Assembly (NCBI GenBank): GCA_965228875.1
Contig: OZ245843.1
Span: forward strand, 1,284,616 to 1,348,615
Reading direction: 5' to 3'
Length of the DNA stretch: 64,000 nucleotides
Source of the DNA: Thalassobaculaceae bacterium
GTDB lineage: Bacteria; Pseudomonadota; Alphaproteobacteria; Thalassobaculales; Thalassobaculaceae
Shown here: piece after piece, positions 32,420 through 44,078 of the stretch
How the letters are laid out: every line of letters starts with the position of its first letter
How positions within the stretch are numbered: the stretch's first letter is position 1
Position numbers and translations under genes: made by a program
The notes under the pieces: generated by a model
Databases searched by the model: none
Told to the model about the DNA's origin: nothing
Seen by the model: only the letters and a program-made list of their open reading frames with translations

Positions 32420-33733
32420 CTAGAGCAGCATCGTCAGCGGGTCTTCGATCAGCTTCTTGAACGCCGCCAGGAACTCGGCCCCGACCGCGCCGTCGACCAC
32501 CCGATGGTCGACCGACAGCGTGCAGCTCATCACCGTGGCGACGGCCAGCGCGCCGTCCTTGACCACCGCCCGCTGCTCGCCGGCACCGACCGCCAGGATC
32601 GCGCCCTGGGGCGGGTTGATGACGGCCGCGAAGTCCTTGATGCCGAACATGCCGAGGTTGGAGATCGAGAAGGTCCCACCCTGGAACTCCTCGGGCGACA
32701 GCTTGCCGTCACGGGCCCGGGTGGCCAGGTCCTTCATCTCCGACGAGATCTGCTTTAGCCCCTTGGAACCGGCGTCGCGGATCACCGGGGTGATCAGCCC
32801 GCCCTCGATCGCCACGGCAACGGAGATGTCGACCTGGTCGTAGATCCGGATCGCTTTTTCGGTCCAGGTCGCGTTGGCCGCCGGCACCTGCTTCAGCGCG
32901 ATGGCCGAGGCCCGGATCACCAGATCGTTGACCGAGAGCTTGTAGGAGTCGCTCTTGGCGTTGAGGTCCTTACGGACCTTCAGCAGGTCGTCGATCTCGC
33001 AGTCGACCGTGAGGTAGAAATGCGGAGCGAACTGCTTCGACTCCGTCAGGCGCCGGGCGATGACCTTGCGCATGTTGGAGTTCGGGATCTCCTGATAGCT
33101 CGGCAGACCCGGAACATCGGGCGACGGCGCCTGGGCCGCCGGCGCTGCGGCGGCAGCGGGCGCCGCGGCCGCGGCGGGGGCGGCACCCTGGCCGGCGGCC
33201 TGCTTCGGCGCGCCGCCGGCGAGCGCCTTCTCGATATCGGCCTTCACGATTCGGCCGTTCGGACCGCTGCCGGCAATGCCGTTCAGGTCGAGCCCAGCCT
33301 GCTCCGCCATCCGGCGGGCCAGCGGGCTTGCGAACACCCGACCGCCGCTGTTCGCGGCCGCCGGTGCCGCCGGAGCTTGCGCCGCCGGAGCGGGGGTCTC
33401 AGCCGACGCAGGTTCGGGCTTCGGCTCCTCCGTCGCCGGTGCAGGCGCCGGCGCATCGCCGCCATCGGCCGGGATGTCGTCGGCGCTCTCGCCCTCTTCG
33501 AGCAGGTAGGCGATGACCGCGTTCACGGCCACGCCCTCGGTGCCGTCGGCGACGACGATCTTGCCGATCGTCCCCTCGTCGACAGCTTCCACTTCCATGG
33601 TCGCCTTGTCGGTCTCGATCTCGGCGAGCACGTCGCCGGCGGAAACCGTGTCGCCCTCTTTCACCATCCACTTGGCGAGGTTGCCCTCGGTCATGGTCGG
33701 CGACAGGGCCGGCATCAAAATCGGAACTGGCAT
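32420..33733 (-). CDS. pdhC: PDH dihydrolipoamide acetyltransferase E2
   Basis: Lipoyl ETDKAT, ASPLARR, DHRVVDG. Confidence 0.97.
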   Translation of the reverse strand: MPVPILMPALSPTMTEGNLAKWMVKEGDTVSAGDVLAEIETDKATMEVEAVDEGTIGKIVVADGTEGVAVNAVIAYLLEEGESADDIPADGGDAPAPAPATEEPKPEPASAETPAPAAQAPAAPAAANSGGRVFASPLARRMAEQAGLDLNGIAGSGPNGRIVKADIEKALAGGAPKQAAGQGAAPAAAAAPAAAAAPAAQAPSPDVPGLPSYQEIPNSNMRKVIARRLTESKQFAPHFYLTVDCEIDDLLKVRKDLNAKSDSYKLSVNDLVIRASAIALKQVPAANATWTEKAIRIYDQVDISVAVAIEGGLITPVIRDAGSKGLKQISSEMKDLATRARDGKLSPEEFQGGTFSISNLGMFGIKDFAAVINPPQGAILAVGAGEQRAVVKDGALAVATVMSCTLSVDHRVVDGAVGAEFLAAFKKLIEDPLTMLL

Positions 33734-33747
33734 CGCTCGATCCCCCC

Positions 33748-35172
<1,425 letters not shown>

Positions 35173-35256
35173 TCGGTATCCCCCCTCTCGGGTGCCGCGG
35201 CCATTGGACCCCGTGGGTCGGGCCGCGCGATTGTTCCGTCGGCGGACGGTCCTGCG

Positions 35257-36327
35257 TCAGCGCGCCTCGACCAGCACGTCGGTCCAGAGCTCGGCGACAT
35301 CCGGCTCCGGGCTCTGCTGGGCGAAGTCGGCGGCGTCGGTGATCAGGTCCTTCACCTCGCGGTCGACCTGCTTCAGCGTGTCCTCCTCGACTCCCTGATC
35401 CAGGACCAGGCGGCGCAGGGTGTCGATCGGATCGTGCTCCTGACGCATCTTGTTGACCTCCTCCTTGGTCCGGTACTTGGCCGGATCGGACATGGAGTGG
35501 CCACGATAGCGGTAGGTCTTCATCTCCAGGATGAACGGTCCCTTGCCCTCGCGGCAGTGCTTGACCGCCTTCTCACCGGCGGCCCTGACCGCCAGCACGT
35601 CCATTCCGTCGACCTCTTCGCCCGGAATGCCGTAGGCATGGCCGCGCTGCGCCAGCGACGGGCCGGCCGCCGCGCGCTGCTGCGAGGTTCCCATGGCGTA
35701 CTTGTTGTTCTCGATGATGAAGATCACCGGCAGCTTCCACAGCGCCGCCATGTTGAAGCTCTCGTAGACCTGACCCTGGTTCACCGCGCCGTCGCCGAGG
35801 TAGGTCAGCGAGACCCGGTCGGTCTTGCGGTACTTGTGATTGAACCCGAGGCCGGTGCCGATGGGCACCTGGGCGCCGACGATGCCGTGGCCGCCGTAGA
35901 AATCCTTCTCGCGGCTGAACATGTGCATCGAGCCGCCCTTGCCCTTGGAGTATCCGCCGGCGCGTCCGGTAAGCTCGGCCATCACGCCGCGCGCCTCCAT
36001 GCCGCACGCCAGCATGTGCCCGTGATCGCGGTACGAGGTGACGACGGTGTCGCCCTCCCCGATCGCCGCCTGCATGCCGACGACCACCGCCTCCTGGCCG
36101 ATGTAGAGATGGCAGAAGCCTCCGATCAGGCCCATGCCGTAGAGCTGCCCCGCCTTCTCCTCGAAACGGCGGATCACCAGCATGTCGCGATAGTAGCCGA
36201 TCAACGCGTCCTTCGACGGCATCTCGGGTTCGGCGGAGCGGGTGGATCGGGAGGTGCGTTTCGCGGCTGCGGGTTTCTTCGCGGCTCCGTTGGTCGAGGC
36301 CGACTTCGTGGTGGCTGCGCGGGCCAT
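35257..36327 (-). CDS. pdhA: PDH E1 alpha subunit
   Basis: GFCHLYIGQEA, GDGAVNQG..NN, YRYRGHSMSDP. Confidence 0.97.
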   Translation of the reverse strand: MARAATTKSASTNGAAKKPAAAKRTSRSTRSAEPEMPSKDALIGYYRDMLVIRRFEEKAGQLYGMGLIGGFCHLYIGQEAVVVGMQAAIGEGDTVVTSYRDHGHMLACGMEARGVMAELTGRAGGYSKGKGGSMHMFSREKDFYGGHGIVGAQVPIGTGLGFNHKYRKTDRVSLTYLGDGAVNQGQVYESFNMAALWKLPVIFIIENNKYAMGTSQQRAAAGPSLAQRGHAYGIPGEEVDGMDVLAVRAAGEKAVKHCREGKGPFILEMKTYRYRGHSMSDPAKYRTKEEVNKMRQEHDPIDTLRRLVLDQGVEEDTLKQVDREVKDLITDAADFAQQSPEPDVAELWTDVLVEAR

Positions 36328-36486
36328 GGGTCTCCCCCTGTTCGTTTCCGAGACCTGCGTCCCCGCAAGCCAACTCGGTCCGAACAGAACTAAGGGAAAC
36401 ACACGATCATTTCAAGATGCGTAACATCTTGTGTTGCAACGCAAAAACGTAACTTAACTTGATTTTGGTTAAACTTCCGGAATCGC

Positions 36487-36840
36487 TCAGCGAACGGCGA
36501 CATTCAGGACAAGACCGTCCGCGGGGACCAGTCCGTCGCCGATGACCACCGCGTTCGCCGGCACATAGCCGAGCACCAGGCGGGCCCGTTCCTCCAGCAT
36601 GTCGGTGTCGAGACTGTTCGGGTTCAGCCGGGCCACGCGGGCCTCCAGCGCCTGCCGCTCGGCGGCCACCGCGTCGAGCACCTGGCTCGCCGCCATGATC
36701 TCGCCGTCCAGCCGCTGCCATGCGCGCAGACCGCGATCCCCCTCAACCGCGTGATAGACGAAGTACGCCATCAGCAGCGAGGCCACCAGGGGCCCGAGAA
36801 CCTTGGGAACGCGACGCTTGAGTTCGGCGGTCAGGGACAC
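36487..36840 (-). CDS. ftsB: Septum formation initiator FtsB/DivIC
   Basis: TM, YHAVEGDRG, coiled coil, LDTDMLEERAR..LG; GTG 36840 with AGGAGG SD. Confidence 0.85.
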   Translation of the reverse strand: MSLTAELKRRVPKVLGPLVASLLMAYFVYHAVEGDRGLRAWQRLDGEIMAASQVLDAVAAERQALEARVARLNPNSLDTDMLEERARLVLGYVPANAVVIGDGLVPADGLVLNVAVR

Positions 36841-36961
36841 CGATCCCTCCTGGCTGCGAATCGGCGCCATTGGACCACGACCGAGTCGCACGGTCACCGT
36901 GAACAGAACGGGAATACCTGGAGTTACAGAGGCTTATCGGCATGGGTGTTGCAGAAAAGAC

Positions 36962-37453
36962 TCACACCGTCCGTCGGTGCTTGAGAGCCCGCGCCCGCCA
37001 GGCGTTGAGCACTTCGGCGATTACAATGGCGTCGCCGGATCCGTCCTCAAGCACCAGACCGATCGGCAGGATATGGCCGCGTCCGGTCAGGAAACGGTTC
37101 ATCGCCCGGGCGATCGGCCATCCCCGGTCGGCGTCGAAGACCACATACGCCAGCTTGGCGCCCCGCGCCGTCCCCCGGCCCGCCACCTCGAAGACGGAAA
37201 CCTCGTCCCAGCCGTAGCGACGCACCGTCCACAACCGGGCCACGGTCATCCCCTCGCGGTCGAGGCGGACCTGCAGGCGGGCGAACAACTGGGTCGCGGC
37301 GAGAAAGGCGGCGCCGGCAACGAGACCGACCGCAACCATGATGGCGCCGGTCTCGGGTCGCGGCTCCTCGCCGACGATCAGCGCTCCGCCCGCCGCCGCG
37401 ACGACGGCGCAGGCGAAGGGAAACACCGCCCGGCGCCAGCCCGGCAGCATCAT
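36962..37453 (-). CDS. Hypothetical 2-TM membrane protein with bacterial PH-like C-terminus
   Basis: Two TMs then V.LD..G......RRYGWDEV; start uncertain (37453 or GTG 37507). Confidence 0.6.
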   Translation of the reverse strand: MMLPGWRRAVFPFACAVVAAAGGALIVGEEPRPETGAIMVAVGLVAGAAFLAATQLFARLQVRLDREGMTVARLWTVRRYGWDEVSVFEVAGRGTARGAKLAYVVFDADRGWPIARAMNRFLTGRGHILPIGLVLEDGSGDAIVIAEVLNAWRARALKHRRTV

Positions 37454-37518
37454 CGTCGTGCTGTCGCCGAGACGGCTCGGATGGATCCGGGGCTTGTCCT
37501 GCGCCACGCGCGCCCGGA

Positions 37519-38853
<1,335 letters not shown>

Positions 38854-38882
38854 TCAATAGCCCTGCTCCCGGCCGGGTTCAA
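38854..38882 (-). promoter_or_regulatory. Putative sigma70 promoter of eno
   Basis: TTGAAC-N17-TATTGA followed by GC-rich GGCGCGCC. Confidence 0.5.
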
Positions 38883-39014
38883 CACGGCAAGTTGATCGCG
38901 CCCGGGTGGACAAATCCCGGTTTTCCACCCGAGCGCATTTGAATTCCGCCAGGATTGGGATTAAATATCGGGTGTTGCAGGAAACTCCCGCGCAGCACGA
39001 CGAAGGAGCGCGAC

Positions 39015-39470
39015 ATGGCCATCGCCGGCGTCGATCCCCAGAGCAGCGGTTCGCTGACCGCCCTCAGGAACGTCCAGCAAACACCCCGAAACGACGACGC
39101 ACGCGCCGAGGAGGCGCAAGCCGCCCGTCTGGGCACGACGGACTCGTCGGAAGCCGAGGGAAGGTTGGCCCGCCTCGGGACCGAGGAAAATCTCGGAGCC
39201 CGGCAGGGAACGGGCGTGCCGGGAGCTTCCCTCGACAGTCAGTCGCTCAACGCACTGATACAGGTCACGCAGGAGCAGGACGGCCAGGAGCCGACCGGCG
39301 GCCCGGCGAGCCCTGCGACGGGCGCGACAGATTCCGCCGAGGAAGCCGAAGACGAGACGCGCCAGCAGCAGGTGGCCGCCGGCAACGTCACCAACTCTCT
39401 CGCCCCCGGCACCACAACCGGCCTGGCCAACGGCGCGGCGGATACGCGAGGCGTCTCGCTGCTGGTCTGA
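39015..39470 (+). CDS. Hypothetical low-complexity acidic protein (151 aa)
   Basis: AAGGAG SD before ATG, own terminator, C-terminus RGVSLLV. Confidence 0.65.
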   Translation: MAIAGVDPQSSGSLTALRNVQQTPRNDDARAEEAQAARLGTTDSSEAEGRLARLGTEENLGARQGTGVPGASLDSQSLNALIQVTQEQDGQEPTGGPASPATGATDSAEEAEDETRQQQVAAGNVTNSLAPGTTTGLANGAADTRGVSLLV

Positions 39471-39494
39471 TCCGGCATCGACACGTTCCGACGA

Positions 39495-39525
39495 CGGCGG
39501 CCTGCGGGCCGCCGCTTTTGTTTTG
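39495..39525 (+). terminator. Intrinsic terminator
   Basis: CGGCGGCC-TGCG-GGCCGCCG then CTTTTGTTTTG. Confidence 0.8.
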
Positions 39526-39586
39526 CGTCCCTGAACGCCTGTCGAGTGCCGCCTTTCCCGCCGCCCGCCGCCCGCCGAGGATTGAA

Positions 39587-40081
39587 ATGCCAGAGTCGCC
39601 CCGAACACCCGCCTTCAGCGTCATTTCGGTCGAGCCGCTTACCGGAAACGACTACCCGGACGCGTTCGCCGACGCGTCCGCTCCGCGGATCAAGCGGCGG
39701 CTCGGAGACCATGGCGGGCTGACGAACTATGGGATCAACCATGTGACACTGCCGCCGGGCTGCCAGTCGGCGCTGCGCCACTGGCACACCCTTCAGGACG
39801 AATTCGTCATGGTGCTGACCGGCGAGTTGGTGCTTCTGACCGATGCCGGCGAACGGACACTGCACCCGGGCGACTGTGCCGCCTTCCCCGCCGGCCGCCC
39901 GGACGGGCACGCTCTGGTCAACCGCAGCGCCGGCGAGGCCACATATCTCGCGATCGGCGACCGCACCGCCGGCGACGAGGTCGACTACCCGGACGTCGAC
40001 ATGCAGGTGCGGTGGATCGACGGCGAAGAGGTGTTCGTGCGGCGCAGTGACGGGACACCCTACGGCAAGCTGGGCGAGTGA
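39587..40081 (+). CDS. Cupin domain protein
   Basis: LPPGCQSALRHWH..QDEFVMVL.GE, FPAG..DGH.LVN. Confidence 0.88.
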   Translation: MPESPRTPAFSVISVEPLTGNDYPDAFADASAPRIKRRLGDHGGLTNYGINHVTLPPGCQSALRHWHTLQDEFVMVLTGELVLLTDAGERTLHPGDCAAFPAGRPDGHALVNRSAGEATYLAIGDRTAGDEVDYPDVDMQVRWIDGEEVFVRRSDGTPYGKLGE

Positions 40082-40106
40082 CGCCAAACCGCCGCGCGTC
40101 TACCGA

Positions 40107-40952
40107 TCAGTCGAGGACGATCGGACTGGCCTTGGCCACGGCGTCGAAGGCCTTGAAGGTCGCCAGCAGGCCGGCGACCTGATCGAGCGGCACCATATTC
40201 GGTCCGTCCGACGGCGCGCTGTCCGGGTCCGGGTGGCATTCCATGAACACGGCCGCCACGCCGACGGCAAGCGCCGCGCGGGCGATGACCGGCACGAACT
40301 CCCGCTGACCGCCGGACGATCCGCCCCTGCCGCCCGGCTGCTGCACCGAGTGCGTGGCGTCGATCACCACCGGATAACCGTCGCGCGCCATCTCCGGCAG
40401 GCCCCGCATGTCCGAAACCAGGGTGTTGTAGCCGAAGCTGGTCCCCCGGTCGGTCAGTAGGATGTCACTGTTGCCGGTCGCTGCGACCTTTGCCGCCACG
40501 TTCGCCATGTCCCAGGGGGCGAGGAACTGCCCCTTCTTGACGTTGACCGCCTTGCCGGTCTCGCCGGCGGCGACGACGAGATCGGTCTGGCGGCACAGGA
40601 ACGCCGGAATCTGAAGGACATCGACCGCCTCGGCCACGACCGCGCATTGCGGCGGTTCGTGGACGTCGGTGAGCACCGGGCAGCCGAACCGCTCGCGAAT
40701 TTCGGCAAGGATGGCGAGCCCCTGGTCGATCCCGACACCGCGCCCGGCGTTGAGGCTCGTGCGGTTCGCCTTGTCGAAGGATGACTTGAAGATGAACGGC
40801 ACGTCCACGTCGCGGCACACCCCGACCAGGATCTCCGCAATCTCTATCGCGTGCTCGCGGCTCTCGATCTGGCAGGGTCCGCCGATCAGGGTGAAGGGCC
40901 GGTCGTTGGCGACGGCGATGTCACCGATGCGCACGGTACGGGCGGCTGCCAT
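40107..40952 (-). CDS. kdsA: KDO-8-phosphate synthase
   Basis: GPCQIES, FDKANRTS, PAFLCRQTDL, DATHSVQQPG. Confidence 0.97.
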   Translation of the reverse strand: MAAARTVRIGDIAVANDRPFTLIGGPCQIESREHAIEIAEILVGVCRDVDVPFIFKSSFDKANRTSLNAGRGVGIDQGLAILAEIRERFGCPVLTDVHEPPQCAVVAEAVDVLQIPAFLCRQTDLVVAAGETGKAVNVKKGQFLAPWDMANVAAKVAATGNSDILLTDRGTSFGYNTLVSDMRGLPEMARDGYPVVIDATHSVQQPGGRGGSSGGQREFVPVIARAALAVGVAAVFMECHPDPDSAPSDGPNMVPLDQVAGLLATFKAFDAVAKASPIVLD

Positions 40953-40973
40953 CGTAACGGCCCCTCCTCCGGA

Positions 40974-42608
40974 TCAGACGAGACGCGACTGCTCGACCGC
41001 AGCGGCGATGAAGCTGGTGAACAGCGGGTGCGGGTCGAACGGCTTGGACTTCAGTTCCGGATGGAACTGCACGCCGACAAACCACGGATGGCTCGGCAGT
41101 TCGATGATCTCCGGCAGCAGCCCGTCCGGCGACATTCCGGCGAACCGCAATCCGGCCTGTTCCAGCGCGCCGCGGTAGTTGATGTTGACCTCGTAGCGGT
41201 GCCGGTGGCGCTCGAAGATCCGCTGGTCGCCGTAGATGTCCTGCACCCGGCTGCCCTCTTCGAGCAGGCACTCGTACGCGCCGAGGCGCATGGTGCCGCC
41301 GTAGTCGCTCTCGGCGTCGCGGGTCTCGGTCACGTTGCCGCGGGTCCATTCGGTGAGCAGGCCGACAACCGGCTCATCGCAGGGACCGAATTCGGTCGAC
41401 CCGGCGGCCGGAATGCCCCCGCCGGACCGGGCCGCCTCGATGCAGGCCATCTGCATGCCGAAGCAGATTCCGAAATAGGGGATCTGGCGCTCCCTGGCGA
41501 AGGTCACGGCGGCGATCTTGCCCTCCGATCCACGCTCGCCGAAGCCGCCCGGCACCAGAATGCCGTGGACATCCTCGAGCCGGATCACCGCCTCGCTCTC
41601 CGTCTCGAAGATCTCGCTGTCGATCCAGTCCAGCTCGACCTTGACGTTGTTCGCGATTCCACCGTGAGTCAGCGCCTCTGCCAGCGACTTGTAGCTGTCC
41701 AGCAGGCTCGTGTACTTGCCGACCACGGCGATCTTGACGTGACCTTCGGGGTTCTCGACCCGATCCATGATCCCGGTCCAGCGCGACAGGTCCGGCTCGC
41801 TTTCGTCCTGCAGCAGACCGAAGTGGCGGAGCACCTCGGTGTCCAGGCCGTCCTCGTGGTAGCGAAGCGGAACCTCGTAGATGGACGAGGCATCGAGCGC
41901 CGGGATGACCGCCTCCGGGCGGATATTGCAGAACTGGCCGATCTTGCGGCGCTGGTCGCTCGGGATATCCCGGTCGCAGCGGCACAGCAGAATGTCCGGC
42001 TGGATGCCGACGCTCTGCAGTTCCTTGACCGAGTGCTGCGTCGGTTTGGTCTTCAGCTCGCCGGCCGACGGGATGAACGGCACCAGGGTGAGGTGGAGGA
42101 ACAGCGAACGCTCGTGGCCGAGCTCGTTGCCGAGCTGGCGGATCGCCTCCAGGAACGGCAGCCCCTCGATATCGCCGACCGTGCCGCCGATCTCGCAGAG
42201 CACGAAGTCCTCGTCGGTGATGTCGCCCTTGGCGAACTCCTTGATGGCGTCGGTGACGTGCGGGATCACCTGGATGGTGGCGCCGAGATAGTCGCCGCGC
42301 CGTTCCCGGGTGATCACGTCCATGTATATCTGGCCGGTGGTCACGTTGTCGCTCTTGCGCGCGGACACGCCGGTGAAGCGCTCGTAATGACCGAGATCGA
42401 GATCGGTCTCCGCCCCATCGTCGGTGACGTAGACCTCGCCGTGCTGATACGGGCTCATGGTGCCCGGATCCACGTTCAGATAGGGGTCGAGCTTGCGTAG
42501 CCGGACCTTGTAGCCACGGGCCTGCAACAGCGCGCCCAGAGCTGCGGAGGCGAGACCCTTGCCGAGAGAGGAGACCACGCCGCCGGTAATGAAGATAAAC
42601 CGCGTCAT
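40974..42608 (-). CDS. pyrG: CTP synthase
   Basis: [31 protein letters not shown]. Confidence 0.99.
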   Translation of the reverse strand: MTRFIFITGGVVSSLGKGLASAALGALLQARGYKVRLRKLDPYLNVDPGTMSPYQHGEVYVTDDGAETDLDLGHYERFTGVSARKSDNVTTGQIYMDVITRERRGDYLGATIQVIPHVTDAIKEFAKGDITDEDFVLCEIGGTVGDIEGLPFLEAIRQLGNELGHERSLFLHLTLVPFIPSAGELKTKPTQHSVKELQSVGIQPDILLCRCDRDIPSDQRRKIGQFCNIRPEAVIPALDASSIYEVPLRYHEDGLDTEVLRHFGLLQDESEPDLSRWTGIMDRVENPEGHVKIAVVGKYTSLLDSYKSLAEALTHGGIANNVKVELDWIDSEIFETESEAVIRLEDVHGILVPGGFGERGSEGKIAAVTFARERQIPYFGICFGMQMACIEAARSGGGIPAAGSTEFGPCDEPVVGLLTEWTRGNVTETRDAESDYGGTMRLGAYECLLEEGSRVQDIYGDQRIFERHRHRYEVNINYRGALEQAGLRFAGMSPDGLLPEIIELPSHPWFVGVQFHPELKSKPFDPHPLFTSFIAAAVEQSRLV

Positions 42609-42720
42609 GGGCGTTCCTTATACATCATCGGGCGTCATCCAAGCACGCGTTGTGACGGTCCGGCGCCACGACTGCGATGCCGGTCGAGAACGGGCGGGAA
42701 AAACCCGCCTTATCAGAGTG

Positions 42721-43044
42721 TTACTGCGAGAGAGGCGCGGCCGGTGCGGTCGGCTCCGCGGGCTCCTCGATGGCCGGGGCCTGGTCGACGATCGACGATG
42801 TCGTGGTCCGCGAGGCGAGAATCGCCAGCAGCAGACTGGTTGCCATGAAGCAGGCCGCCAGAATCGCCGTCGTGCGGGTCAGCAGGTTGGCCGTCCCGCG
42901 CGCCGACATGAACGAGCCGAGACCGCCGCCACCGCCGCCGCCACCGCCGATGCCAAGGCCGCCACCCTCGCTGCGCTGCAGCAGGACGACGACGATCAGC
43001 GCCAGCGCGATCATCAGGTGTACGGTGAGAATGATCAGTTCCAT
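42721..43044 (-). CDS. secG: Preprotein translocase subunit SecG
   Basis: VLLQRSEGGGLG, NLLTRTT; position between tpiA and pyrG. Confidence 0.93.
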   Translation of the reverse strand: MELIILTVHLMIALALIVVVLLQRSEGGGLGIGGGGGGGGGLGSFMSARGTANLLTRTTAILAACFMATSLLLAILASRTTTSSIVDQAPAIEEPAEPTAPAAPLSQ

Positions 43045-43138
43045 GTCGAACCCCGGTCTTCGGTCGGCGCGGGTTTTAGCGTTTCCGGCCCGGCTTGGCC
43101 AGCACGACGTGAAGGTCGCCCTGACCTGAGGATGTGAG

Positions 43139-43882
43139 TCACGGCGTCGCGCGGGCGATGGCGAGGAAATCCTCGGCCTTGAGCGCGGCCCCGCCGACGA
43201 GCGCACCGTTGACGTTGGCCACCGCCATCAGTTCGCCCGCGTTGCCCGGCTTGACCGATCCGCCGTAGAGCAGCCGGACACCGGCCGCCTCCTCGGCGAT
43301 CTCCGTCAGGACCGCCCGTATATGGGCATGGACGGCGGCGACGTCATCCGCCGTCGGCGTGCGGCCGGTGCCGATCGCCCAGACCGGCTCGTAGGCGACG
43401 ACCAGGGTGTCGCCGTTCAGTCCCGGCGGCACCGAGCCGCGGAGCTGCGTCTCGACCACTTCGAGCGTGCGTCCCGCATCGCGATCGCCTTCGGTCTCGC
43501 CGACGCAGACGATCGGAACAAGGCCGGCCCGGCGGGCCGCCTCGGCCTTCGCCCGGACGGCGGCATCGTCCTCGCCATGATCGGCCCGCCGCTCGGAATG
43601 GCCGACGATCACATAGGCACAGCCCAGATCGGCCAGCATCTCAGCGGCGGTATCGCCGGTATGCGCACCGCTTGCCGCCGCGTGACAGTCCTGCGCGCCA
43701 AGCGCGACTCCGCTGTCGCCGAGCCGGGCACCGACGGACGCGACGTAGACCGCAGGCGGACAGACGGCCAGCTCGACCAGGACGGTGGCGGCCTCGGCGG
43801 CAAGCGCTCCCGCCAGCGCCTCGGCGGAAGCGCGGTCCAGGTTCATCTTCCAATTGCCGGCGATCAGCGCACGCGGAGCCAC
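43139..43882 (-). CDS. tpiA: Triosephosphate isomerase
   Basis: [30 protein letters not shown]. Confidence 0.98.
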   Translation of the reverse strand: MAPRALIAGNWKMNLDRASAEALAGALAAEAATVLVELAVCPPAVYVASVGARLGDSGVALGAQDCHAAASGAHTGDTAAEMLADLGCAYVIVGHSERRADHGEDDAAVRAKAEAARRAGLVPIVCVGETEGDRDAGRTLEVVETQLRGSVPPGLNGDTLVVAYEPVWAIGTGRTPTADDVAAVHAHIRAVLTEIAEEAAGVRLLYGGSVKPGNAGELMAVANVNGALVGGAALKAEDFLAIARATP

Positions 43883-44078
43883 GGCGGTGCCCTCCCTTGG
43901 TGGTCACACAGAATTGCGGAACTCGGCGACGCTCTAGCACGACCGGGGCGGTCCGGCCAACCGTGCCGGACGGCCCCACCGCCCCGTACCGCCCAAAGCC
44001 TTGCGTTCAAAGGCGCGCGGGGCCTACAACCCAGTTCCGAGCGAATACCCGCGACCCGCTGCATCAGGCCGCCCGATC

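Noticed and set aside
36450..36475. CtrA box upstream of pdhA
   Set aside because: TTAA half-sites are 11 nt apart, not the canonical 7
42924..42949. GCC/ACC microsatellite in secG
   Set aside because: Encodes the Gly-rich loop typical of SecG; in frame, not a phase-variation tract
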